Of a stretch of DNA of 64,000 bases, positions 37,416 to 45,985 are shown piece after piece (positions within the stretch are counted from its first letter, which is position 1; every line of letters starts with the position of its first letter). Source of the stretch: Thermoplasmata archaeon (GTDB taxonomy: Archaea; Thermoplasmatota; Thermoplasmata; RBG-16-68-12; JAFNFQ01); assembly GCA_041489255.1 (NCBI GenBank), contig JBGPQV010000006.1, positions 32,001-96,000 on the forward strand, written 5' to 3'. Both the position numbers and the translations under genes were made by a program. Below the pieces are notes generated by a model. That model searched no databases. It was not told the DNA's origin and was given only the letters and a program-made list of their open reading frames with translations.

Positions 37416-38865
37416 GTTCAGAATTGAAGAGGAATTTATCATCCTAACAATGCTGAGAACCATGCCGGGTTCATGCGAATCAGGAACCTTTAGAGACTTG
37501 CGATGCCTGACTGTCCCCGGACGATATGGAAGATGATGGATGCGACCGAGCAGACGATTCTAATCACTCAGGCCCTGCAAAATGAGACGATTCCTAAGCC
37601 CCCGCCCTCCGGGGCATCTTCCAAAAACCAGCTGAAGGCTCCACTTATAATCAGTCGGCTGCGTCAGGAACTCGACGCTTTGAAGAACGGGCCCAAACAG
37701 CCTTCATCATTCTCGATTGGCCGAAGGGTGAAGGCGGAACATCGAGGCCCTCGGAGTACAGTGCGATATGTGATATCTGGATAGGGATATGGGGATATGT
37801 TTTCACATTCACTCACCTACACATAACGCTTATATGCAATGCCTCTTATATGGTATAACGCCGGATGTCCCGGCTGGTAATCAATATGTCGATGAATACA
37901 GAAAATGTAGATGTGTCCGTCAAGCGTGCGATTGAGAGGCCCCGAACGCGCAGCAAATACCCGTTGCCCTCGGAACGGTTCCCTTTTGGGGTACACTTCG
38001 AGGTTCTGCGGCAGTTCATTGTTCGGACCAAACAGGGATCGGAACCTGTCAGTGTGGGAGCTGTCGAGGGAGGGACCTTGCAGAAACAGGCCGCGTCTCT
38101 AAACGTGGGCTTTCTAACATCACTAGGGCTGCTCACGGAGGCCAAGGGGAAGTACACTCCCACGGAAGCCGCAATCCGTTTCGTGAACACCCGAAACGCC
38201 AGCGACGAGCGCGCACGAGCAATCCTGCGCCCGGTCATTGAGGATTCCTGGTTTGGAACGTTCGCGAAGAACTGGTTTGCCACCAATCCAATGACATCCA
38301 AGAGCGATTTCGTCCGTGAATTAGCCCTCTACGGCGAGGTATCGGACATGACAAAGAAAGAGCGGGCATTGGAAGTCCTTGTAGAGTACCTGATGTACGC
38401 ACAGATAATCGCCATGGGCGCAGACGGCAATCTGTCGTCGGGCGGAGGGCCAATGGGCACGACATCCGGTGCCACAGCATCCCCGCCCTCGCCAACCATG
38501 GGACTACGCGCCGCTCCCTTTGTGGCACCCATTGAGGGCTCCGTCGACTGGCAGACTGTCCAAACCGATGATTTTTATGTCAAGGTGCGGCCCGATCCCG
38601 ATGTGCTGGCAGACCTTCGTGATCACCTCGATCTGCTTGAGAAGAAGATCGAGAGACAAAGGAGCAAAAAGCCTACATCCTGAAGCTGGCAAGGAGACTA
38701 GGTCGGGACGCGAGATCAACCCCTGCGGTATCCCCAGGACGCGATACGTCCGACGTCTTGCTGACGCACCTCACCCTCTTTATATATTCAGCAGGTCGTT
38801 CCGCACCTCCGAAGATGCCCTGCAGGAAGCCTTTTTCCACAAGAGCGGTCGGGTTCGATGAGTTC
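37405..38865. mobile_element. Small insertion bounded by 15-bp direct repeats GGGTTCGATGAGTTC
   Basis: Identical 15-mers at 37405-37419 (spt4 3' end) and 38851-38865. Splits the usually contiguous spt4-DUF359 pair. Confidence 0.8.
37865..38683 (+). CDS. Hypothetical protein (wHTH-like N-terminal region), cargo of the insertion
   Basis: 272-aa ORF; FLTSLGLLTEAKGKYTPT resembles a wHTH wing. Start may be a few codons later. Confidence 0.75.
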   Translation: MSRLVINMSMNTENVDVSVKRAIERPRTRSKYPLPSERFPFGVHFEVLRQFIVRTKQGSEPVSVGAVEGGTLQKQAASLNVGFLTSLGLLTEAKGKYTPTEAAIRFVNTRNASDERARAILRPVIEDSWFGTFAKNWFATNPMTSKSDFVRELALYGEVSDMTKKERALEVLVEYLMYAQIIAMGADGNLSSGGGPMGTTSGATASPPSPTMGLRAAPFVAPIEGSVDWQTVQTDDFYVKVRPDPDVLADLRDHLDLLEKKIERQRSKKPTS

Positions 38866-39369
38866 TTCAGGGACCTGAGGCTGCCCGATGACATGAGGGA
38901 TTTCCTCAAGGAAGAGCCCGGGCCGGTGCTTGTCGGCGATGAACTGCTCAAGGTCGCGAAGCAGGCGAAGCTCCTGGTGAGCGTCGGGGATTTCTGCACG
39001 ATGGATCTGATCACGAGGGGGAGACCGCCGGACATCGCCGTCGTCGATTTCAAGACGAGGCGGGAGGAGAAGCTCGAGTACGCGCATGTCTTGGAGGCGT
39101 TCGGGGAACTCGTCATGGAGGTCGTCAACCCGCCCGCCATGATCACTAGGGAGGCGTGGCTGGCTGTTTCCGAAGCGTTTAAATCAAAGAAGCGGGTAAG
39201 GCTCGACATCCGGGGAGAGGAGGACCTTCTCTCTCTGGTGTGCGTGGCACTCGCGCCCCTGGGCACGACAATCGTCTACGGAATGCCTGGAAAAGGCGCC
39301 GTGGTCGTGCTCGTGGACAGCAGAGAGAAGAGCAAGATGCGGAGCATCTTCAGAAAGATGGTGGCGTAG
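38815..39369 (+). CDS. GTP-dependent dephospho-CoA kinase (DUF359)
   Basis: SVGD, PDIAVVDFKTRR, NPPAMIT, GEEDLL, VYGMPG; conserved position before rps24e. Start uncertain (38815 or 38893). Confidence 0.92.
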   Translation: MPCRKPFSTRAVGFDEFFRDLRLPDDMRDFLKEEPGPVLVGDELLKVAKQAKLLVSVGDFCTMDLITRGRPPDIAVVDFKTRREEKLEYAHVLEAFGELVMEVVNPPAMITREAWLAVSEAFKSKKRVRLDIRGEEDLLSLVCVALAPLGTTIVYGMPGKGAVVVLVDSREKSKMRSIFRKMVA

Positions 39370-39909
39370 TTGGAAGTCGAGATAACGAGCAAGCGGGAGA
39401 ACCTCCTTTTGAAGAGGTTCGAGGTCAAGTTCCAGGCGACGCACGCCAGCGAGGCCACCCCGAACCGCGAGACGATGCGCGCCGAGATCGCGAAGGCGCT
39501 CTCTGCGAAGAAGGAGTTCGTGATACTCGACTGGGCCCGCTCCGACTTCGGGAGGACGAGGACGGTCGGGTACGCCAAGATCTACAAGTCGAAGGAGGAC
39601 GCGCTCAAGTTCGAGCGCAAGCCCATCCTTGTCCGCATGGGGCTGGTGGCTGCAGAGGTGAAGGCCAAGAAGGAGAAGAAGGCGCCACCGGTGAAGGTGC
39701 CAAGGAAGGAAGAGGCAAAGCCGGCGGAGAAGACACCGCCAAAGGAAGAGACCAAACCCACCAAGAAGGAGGAAGCGCCGAAGAAGGATGAGGGCGCGAA
39801 GCCCGCCGAGAAACCAAAGGAGGAGAAGGCGGCGCATGCGGAGAAGCCGGCCAAGAAGGCGGAAGGCGAGAAGGCCGAGGCGAAGAAGCCCGCCAAGGGT
39901 GGTAAGTGA
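39370..39909 (+). CDS. rps24e: 30S ribosomal protein eS24 with long K/E/A/P-rich tail
   Basis: [27 protein letters not shown]. Confidence 0.96.
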   Translation: MEVEITSKRENLLLKRFEVKFQATHASEATPNRETMRAEIAKALSAKKEFVILDWARSDFGRTRTVGYAKIYKSKEDALKFERKPILVRMGLVAAEVKAKKEKKAPPVKVPRKEEAKPAEKTPPKEETKPTKKEEAPKKDEGAKPAEKPKEEKAAHAEKPAKKAEGEKAEAKKPAKGGK

Positions 39910-40097
39910 TGGCGAAGGAGAAGAAGGCTGCCACCGCCAAGCGGATGTACTACAAGATCGAGGGCGGGAAGATAGTTCGCGAGAAGCAGCAGTGCCCCAA
40001 GTGCGGGCCCGGGACCTTCATGGGCAAGCACGTGGACAGGGTGTCCTGCGGGCGATGTGGCTACACTGAGTTCTTCAAGAAGTCACCGGACGTTTAG
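39909..40097 (+). CDS. rps27ae: 30S ribosomal protein eS31 (S27ae)
   Basis: [29 protein letters not shown]. Confidence 0.97.
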   Translation: MAKEKKAATAKRMYYKIEGGKIVREKQQCPKCGPGTFMGKHVDRVSCGRCGYTEFFKKSPDV

Positions 40098-40133
40098 TCT
40101 CCGCACTGCCTCCCCGATGAGGCGAGGTGGACC

Positions 40134-40610
40134 ATGAAAGGACTGATTGTGTTCGACAGCTACTTCGGAAACACGAAGTCGGTTGCTGATGCGATTGCAG
40201 AGCAGGCCAGAGCGGAGGGCCACGAGGTCGAAGTGGTCTGCGTCCGGGATGGAAAGGCCTAGGAGCTCACGGCGGATTTTCTATTCGTAGGTTCGCCGAC
40301 GAGGATCGGGAGACCAACAGGCAGGGTGAGGAAGTTCGTCAAGAAGCTCGATCGTCAACAATGGGGCGCGAAACCCATCGCGGCCTTCGACACATACATG
40401 GCAGCAAACCCCGAGAACCCGAAGAGCAAGAAATGGACCGAGTACGGGGCCGGTTACCTCATCTATGATATGCTCAAGGAGAAGGGGTTCAATGTCCGCT
40501 CTCCACCCCTGAAGTGCCTAGTCACGGATTCGAAGGGACCGCTCGCGTCCGATGCACTTGACAAAGCAAGGCAGTACACGCACGAGTTCCTCTCGACGCT
40601 CGGCAAGTAG
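40134..40610 (+). pseudogene. Flavodoxin family protein interrupted by one in-frame TAG (40260-40262)
   Basis: MKGLIVFDSYFGNTKSVADAIAE...GKA*ELTADFLFVGSPT...AAFDT, all in one frame. Confidence 0.85.
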
Positions 40611-40702
40611 CTCAGCTTTACAGACGCCCGCTCCTGAATCCAAAAAGCTCTTATCGTCATGCACAATCGGTGAGCCTGAGAGCCTAAGAGGAGCGTTCCA
40701 CC

Positions 40703-41206
40703 ATGCACAAGATGACCGAGAGGAATCTGAGCGACGCGTATGCGGGAGAGAGCCAGGCCTTCATGAAGTACAATATCTGGGCCGACAGGGCAGAGCTCGA
40801 AGGAAAGAAAGGAGTCGCGAAGCTATTCAGGGCGATCTCGCATGCTGAGAAGGTGCACGCGACGAACCACTGGCGCGCGCTCGGCATGATCAAGGGCACC
40901 AAGGAGAACCTGGAGAAGGCGATAGAAGGAGAGAGATACGAGGTCGAGGAGATGTATCCTGCCTTTAAGGCAGTAGCAGAATTCCAGAAGGAGAAGGCGG
41001 CGATCCAGACCACGGACTACGCGCTCCAAGCTGAGAAGGTGCATCTGGAGATGTACGAGAAGGCGAAGGAGACAGTCGCGGCGGGGAAGGATATCCAGGT
41101 CGGCGACATCTACATCTGCCCCGTTTGCGGGTACACCATGGAGGGCTCCGCCCCCGACAAGTGCCCGATATGCGGCGCGAGGAAAGAAAGTTTCAAGAAA
41201 TTCTGA
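40703..41206 (+). CDS. rbr: Rubrerythrin
   Basis: AYAGESQA, AEKVHA, GERYEVEEMYP, AEKVH, CPVCGY...CPICG. Confidence 0.95.
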   Translation: MHKMTERNLSDAYAGESQAFMKYNIWADRAELEGKKGVAKLFRAISHAEKVHATNHWRALGMIKGTKENLEKAIEGERYEVEEMYPAFKAVAEFQKEKAAIQTTDYALQAEKVHLEMYEKAKETVAAGKDIQVGDIYICPVCGYTMEGSAPDKCPICGARKESFKKF

Positions 41207-41270
41207 GGGTGGTTGCCAGAAGGGGCATCCAGCAACCGCCGATGAGAATGATGCGTTCTGGATTCAAATC

Positions 41271-42347
41271 TTGAAAAGAAACCGGGTCGGAAGATTTAAT
41301 TACGCCCTTGCACAGTGCGCGGCGGGATTCACCTTGAAAGCTGGAAAGACGGTAACAGCATTGGCGGTGTCTTGGCTTGTGATCGCCGGCGTCCTCTCGA
41401 TGTTCGTGGCGATTCCTCAGAGGGCAGCGGCACAGACAATCACGGTGACAAATCCGAGCTCAGGCTCCGTGTGGTACGCCAGCAGCACGTATACAATCAT
41501 GTGGACCTCGTCGGGCGCTGTAGGTCCCGTGAAGATAGAGTACAATAATTCATACCTTGCAGTCTCAGACGTCATAGTAGGCAGCACTGCCAACGACGGC
41601 AACTATGATTGGACCGTGCCGAGCATCATCGACTCGTCCAGCTATTACTTCATCAGGATTAGCGACGTCGGCGACCCGGCAGTCTACGACGATAGCCCAT
41701 TTTTCGATATCGCTGGCGGTTCGGGTAGCGGCACGATAAGCGTGACTGCTCCCTCGATCTTGACCACGTGGTACACGGGCAGCACCTACGATATAACGTG
41801 GTCCACCACTGGCAGTGTCGGTCCGAACGTCCGGATCGAATATTCCGAGTTCCCGTGCGTATTGTGTACTCCTGTCACAATCACTTCGAGCACGCCCACA
41901 GCCACGGGGAGATATTCTTGGGCGATCCCCACATCATTGGCTGCGGGAGCCTATACCATCACAATCACAGATACGAGCAATGCGAATATTGACGACAACA
42001 ATTACTATTTCACGATTAGAGCTGGCTCCAACCCGATGCTGATCATCGCCGTCATTGCGATCATCGCGATTGTGCTGATAGTCGTCGTCCTTGCAGTCGT
42101 CCTCGCGATGAGGAAGAAGAAAACCGCAGCTCCGCCTCCCCAAGCCAACATCCCCGTCATGCCTCCAGCGACACAGTACGCCCCGCCGCAATACCAGACT
42201 CAATATCCACCGCAATATCAAACTCGATATCCTCCGCAACAGCAGGTTGCTCAGGCACCGGCCGGGGGGACCAAGATGTGTATCAACTGCGGCAAGTCGA
42301 TACCGGCCGATTTCACCTTCTGCATACATTGCGGCGGCAGGACCTAG
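41271..42347 (+). CDS. Membrane-anchored protein: two Ig-like (Kre9/KNH-type) domains, TM helix, PPQYQT repeats, C-terminal Zn ribbon
   Basis: Signal peptide; ITVTxP...W...TYxIxW repeats; TM helix; CINCG...FCIHCGG. True start probably TTG near 41334. Confidence 0.85.
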   Translation: MKRNRVGRFNYALAQCAAGFTLKAGKTVTALAVSWLVIAGVLSMFVAIPQRAAAQTITVTNPSSGSVWYASSTYTIMWTSSGAVGPVKIEYNNSYLAVSDVIVGSTANDGNYDWTVPSIIDSSSYYFIRISDVGDPAVYDDSPFFDIAGGSGSGTISVTAPSILTTWYTGSTYDITWSTTGSVGPNVRIEYSEFPCVLCTPVTITSSTPTATGRYSWAIPTSLAAGAYTITITDTSNANIDDNNYYFTIRAGSNPMLIIAVIAIIAIVLIVVVLAVVLAMRKKKTAAPPPQANIPVMPPATQYAPPQYQTQYPPQYQTRYPPQQQVAQAPAGGTKMCINCGKSIPADFTFCIHCGGRT

Positions 42348-42485
42348 GGATTCGGTTTCCCCGGCAAGGCATTGTCCCCACCGCGGACCGGCATGGCCAA
42401 TTAGCATCAGCGTGAGCTAGGGTAGAATCCGTGCGAGACGAGGCAATCTATTTCAATGTCGTCCCGCTCTCTCGGCCTTGCAGAC

Positions 42486-42592
42486 GGGCCTGTAGTGTAG
42501 CCAGGATATCACAGAGGCCTCCGGAGCCTCTGACTCGGGTTCGAAACGCCCTCCCGTGAAGCGAGGGGGCGGCGAAAATCCCGACAGGCCCG
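42486..42592 (+). tRNA. tRNA-Arg(CCG) with 33-nt intron in the T-loop (position 59/60; 42546-42578)
   Basis: Acceptor GGGCCTG/CAGGCCC; anticodon arm GAGGC-CTCCGGA-GCCTC. The T arm TCGGG-TTCGAAT-CCCGA is restored after removing the BHB-bounded insert. Confidence 0.92.
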
Positions 42593-42597
42593 TCCCC

Positions 42598-43290
42598 TCA
42601 CGTCTTGAACTGCAACTCGATATCCTCGGAGGGCGTCTCCGCGACGATCGTGAAGCCGCGGCTCGATTGCTGGGTAACCTTCGGCGCGAGACCGTGATCG
42701 CCGAGGAGGGCGATGAGCCGCTCCTTGGTTTCCTTGGGGTCGCGGTCGGTCCCGCTCGTCATGGCGGGGGCATCGGTCACCATCTTGTACCTGACGCGGA
42801 CGCCCTTCCCCTGAGATGCTACGAATCCGAGCGACTTGAGGGATTTGAGTCTGGCAGAGACCAGCTGCTGATAGGAGTCCGTCTCCTTCACGATTTCCCT
42901 GACGGAGACTTCGCCGTCTCTCTTGATTATCCGGATTATCGGACCGAACCTCTCGTCGCGGACGAGGGTCATTGCGACAACGTCATCGCGACGTGCGGAC
43001 AACGGAGAGAATAGCGCGGTCTTCCTCCCGAGCGAGATCCCCTCGAGGATGCCTACGACCAAGAGGACCGAGACGTGCCAGCGCAGAGACTGGAGCGGTA
43101 TGCCGAGTTTCCTCTGCATCTCCCTAAGGTGCATTCCTGGCTCGTTGAACACCGCCTGGAATATGCGCAGACGCCTTTGGTTCATAAGTTGCGAGACGCC
43201 AGACCTGCGCGGTTCTATCCTGAGAAGCACGACCTCCTCGCCGAGGGCGCGCCTCAGCGCCTTGCCGACGCTCTCCCGCTTGCGGGGCAT
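42598..43290 (-). CDS. Tandem winged-helix transcriptional regulator
   Basis: RLRIFQAVFNEPGMHLREMQRKLGI..QSLRWHV and a second wHTH. Confidence 0.82.
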   Translation of the reverse strand: MPRKRESVGKALRRALGEEVVLLRIEPRRSGVSQLMNQRRLRIFQAVFNEPGMHLREMQRKLGIPLQSLRWHVSVLLVVGILEGISLGRKTALFSPLSARRDDVVAMTLVRDERFGPIIRIIKRDGEVSVREIVKETDSYQQLVSARLKSLKSLGFVASQGKGVRVRYKMVTDAPAMTSGTDRDPKETKERLIALLGDHGLAPKVTQQSSRGFTIVAETPSEDIELQFKT

Positions 43291-43307
43291 TGGCGCAGCA
43301 TGCGCCT

Positions 43308-44150
43308 TCAGAATGAAAAGGCTTTGCGGTCGCCCCTCGCGCCCTCGTTCTCTGGAGGGAACGCGGGCTGGAACTCCACGCCGATCTCCTCGCAGTTCTC
43401 GCGGAGCTCCGCATCAATCGCATCGAAGTAAGTCGGGTCCTCCAAATCAGAGAGAAAAGCTGCCCGTTCGTCGGGAAGCAACTGGATTGCCGCCTTGCGC
43501 ATCCTCTCCATGACGCCAGGCCGCTTCCTGAGCCTGTCCCCAAGGATCTTGACCGCTCCCGCCTCGGTAATCTCGCGAACGAGGACTTCGAGAGGTTCTC
43601 CCCTAAGCCCGGGCAGGTAAGGCCCGATGAACGCCCAGACCTCGATTCCCTCGTCGGCAAGAGCCCTCATCGTGTCGAGCCTCTTGCGCGGCGGGGCGGC
43701 CAGCGGTTCGACCGCGCGGGAGACATACTCGTCCAGGGTGGTGACAGTTATCCCCACGTCGAGCTCCTCGAACGTCGACAGGATGTCAATGTCCCTGAGA
43801 ATCAATGCGGACTTCGTCTGTATGCTCACTCGCAAGGGGGAGTCGCGCAGGCGCGAGAGGCAGGAACGGGTCGTGTGGTACCTCGCCTCGATCGGCTGGT
43901 ATGCGTCGGTGACTGTGCCGACCCCGACGACGCCCTCGTGCTTGCTCCTCAGATCCATGTTCAGGATTGCGGGCATGTCCCCTCTCACGTCGACGAAAGT
44001 GCCCCACTCCCTCGTCTCTCTCAGGACCGCGGGGGCGTAGCAGTAGGCGCATCCGTGTGCGCATCCCCTGTAGGGGTTGAGCGCGAAATCGAGGCCGGGT
44101 AGAGATGACGGGACCAGGGCATGTCTGCAGGAGACCTGCACGACCTTCAA
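43308..44150 (-). CDS. Radical SAM protein (SplB/Rv2578c-like DNA-repair group)
   Basis: LNPYRGCAHGCAYCYA, TDAYQPIE, IQTKSALILRDID. Confidence 0.9.
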   Translation of the reverse strand: MKVVQVSCRHALVPSSLPGLDFALNPYRGCAHGCAYCYAPAVLRETREWGTFVDVRGDMPAILNMDLRSKHEGVVGVGTVTDAYQPIEARYHTTRSCLSRLRDSPLRVSIQTKSALILRDIDILSTFEELDVGITVTTLDEYVSRAVEPLAAPPRKRLDTMRALADEGIEVWAFIGPYLPGLRGEPLEVLVREITEAGAVKILGDRLRKRPGVMERMRKAAIQLLPDERAAFLSDLEDPTYFDAIDAELRENCEEIGVEFQPAFPPENEGARGDRKAFSF

Positions 44151-44596
44151 CGCTTCCGCCCCCTGACCGCTTTATTGATGACTGTGCGGGCGGACTCGGT
44201 CATGTTCAGCTCTTGGAGCTCGCCGAGCGGCGTCCACTTTGCGTCCGCCACATCGCTCCCCGCCGCAAGATCGCCGCCGCGCCACCCCGATAGAAAGTCG
44301 ACGATGATATAGTGGAAGCGGACCCTACCCTTGTCGTCCCTGTTCACAGCGTCGACGACCTCGAACAACTCCGTCGGCTCGATCTCGATGCCGCACTCCT
44401 CCATGACTTCCCGCCTCAACGCATCCTTGACGGTCTCCCCAATCTCGACGAGGCCGCCGGGGATGCTCCACATGCCCTTGCTCGGTTCCTTGCCGCGCTT
44501 CACCAGGAGAACGCTGTCGCCGCGCATGACGATCGCCCCGACGCCGACCAGCGGGTGCTTCGGGTACTCCCGGTCCTCAGCATCCGATGAAGTCAT
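44147..44596 (-). CDS. NUDIX hydrolase
   Basis: WSIPGGLVEIGETVKDALRREVMEECG Nudix box. Confidence 0.93.
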   Translation of the reverse strand: MTSSDAEDREYPKHPLVGVGAIVMRGDSVLLVKRGKEPSKGMWSIPGGLVEIGETVKDALRREVMEECGIEIEPTELFEVVDAVNRDDKGRVRFHYIIVDFLSGWRGGDLAAGSDVADAKWTPLGELQELNMTESARTVINKAVRGRKR

Positions 44597-45935
44597 CGAC
44601 AGTCCTCTGGTGCAGGGCGTATCTCAGGATCTCGCTTCTCTTGATATAGCGTGACATCGGGATGTCGAGCCTTGTGGAAAGATGCCCGAACACCTCGTTC
44701 AGGCTGCTGTAATTGGCGGGCTCCGTCCTCAGCGCCCTCCTCACGTTCTCCCTCACGTTCCAAACGCCTATCGGCATGATGTACCCGGGGTGAGTCTCCC
44801 GCAATATGACCGTCGCGGCCTGGCGCCTCTCGCCCTCCAGCTTCTCCGCGACAGCGAGTCTGGCGGCGTAGTAGCAGCCGCCGATGTCGGCGTAGGTGGT
44901 CCTCCCGCCATAGTATTCGTGGCTGTTGATGAGCCAAGTCTGCTGGCCGGTCGGGTTCCAGAGGGTCCCGGGGTACCACGCCTCGATGAGCTCGTACATC
45001 CAGGAGTGAGGCATCATGATGACGAGGAACCTGTCGTCGTAGCCTATGCTCTCATAGACCCGATACTCGTTGATAAGGGGGAACCTCTTCACCTTCTCCC
45101 TCAGGTTCTTCCCTATCGTGTCGTCCACGGCAGTGATGGACCATCGTGTCGGCACGAACTTCCTGTTATCCTCGAGGCCGAAGGCTCCGACGCTGAAAGC
45201 CCTCTGGATCTTGGAGACGGGGATGCCCTCCCGGTAGAGGCCGAGCACCGCAGGGACCGCCTTGAGGTCGGTGTCGCTATAGGCCTTGTCGAGCTTCGCA
45301 TCGACCTTGTAGCTCGAGATATCCATGGTCTTGAGGGGGGCCGAGGGACCGAAGGGCTGCGTCTCGTCATCGAGAACGATCCGCCCGAAGGGTCTCTTGG
45401 TGAACTCCACTTCGACATCGGTTACCATCGTGCTCAGGGCGAGCTCCCTCGTCAGGTCGACTATCCTCCCGCCGTTCTCGACATCCATGACGTGGACCCG
45501 GTGCATCCCCCTGACCAGCTGCGAGCGGAAGGAGACTATGTCCTCAATTGACCTGCTCAGCCACTGCTCCGGCATGTCCAAGATCGCAGTGTCCGCGTGG
45601 AATGGCGGGACCAAGGGCCCGACATACACCTTGGGGTACCCGAACCTCCCGACGAACACTCCCGGCGGGGATGACCCATCGATGTTGAATGAGTCGATGA
45701 GAGGCTGCGTCTTCATCAGGAAGTCCCATTTCACCATTATCGGGCAGCGCGTCTTCCCGCACAGGAGCTTCGAGCCGCGGCATTGAACACATTGACCTGA
45801 CGCGGAGGAGTCTTGGGCGGCCGCATCGAAGACCGATTCCAGCCTGGGCTGACTCTGGATCAACGCCCACGCAATCGTGGCGCGGGCATAAGAGGCTGAC
45901 GGGTGGTGCGGCGAAACTTGCGGGATAGGGCTCAC
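44577..45935 (-). CDS. nreA: Archaeal DNA repair protein Nre (DUF650/651)
   Basis: CVQCRGSKLLCGKTRCP, GSSPPGVFVGRFGYPKV, VPTRWSITAVD, GGCYYAARL, C-terminal PIP box QRTVDDF. Start uncertain. Confidence 0.93.
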   Translation of the reverse strand: MSPIPQVSPHHPSASYARATIAWALIQSQPRLESVFDAAAQDSSASGQCVQCRGSKLLCGKTRCPIMVKWDFLMKTQPLIDSFNIDGSSPPGVFVGRFGYPKVYVGPLVPPFHADTAILDMPEQWLSRSIEDIVSFRSQLVRGMHRVHVMDVENGGRIVDLTRELALSTMVTDVEVEFTKRPFGRIVLDDETQPFGPSAPLKTMDISSYKVDAKLDKAYSDTDLKAVPAVLGLYREGIPVSKIQRAFSVGAFGLEDNRKFVPTRWSITAVDDTIGKNLREKVKRFPLINEYRVYESIGYDDRFLVIMMPHSWMYELIEAWYPGTLWNPTGQQTWLINSHEYYGGRTTYADIGGCYYAARLAVAEKLEGERRQAATVILRETHPGYIMPIGVWNVRENVRRALRTEPANYSSLNEVFGHLSTRLDIPMSRYIKRSEILRYALHQRTVDDFIGC

Positions 45936-45985
45936 GGTGGCGGTCCGTGTCGGACGCGGGCACGCGGCCCAATCGGCTGCCGGGA

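Noticed and set aside
42171-42245. Short tandem repeat encoding PPQYQT units
   Set aside because: Ordinary low-complexity cytoplasmic linker in a membrane protein.
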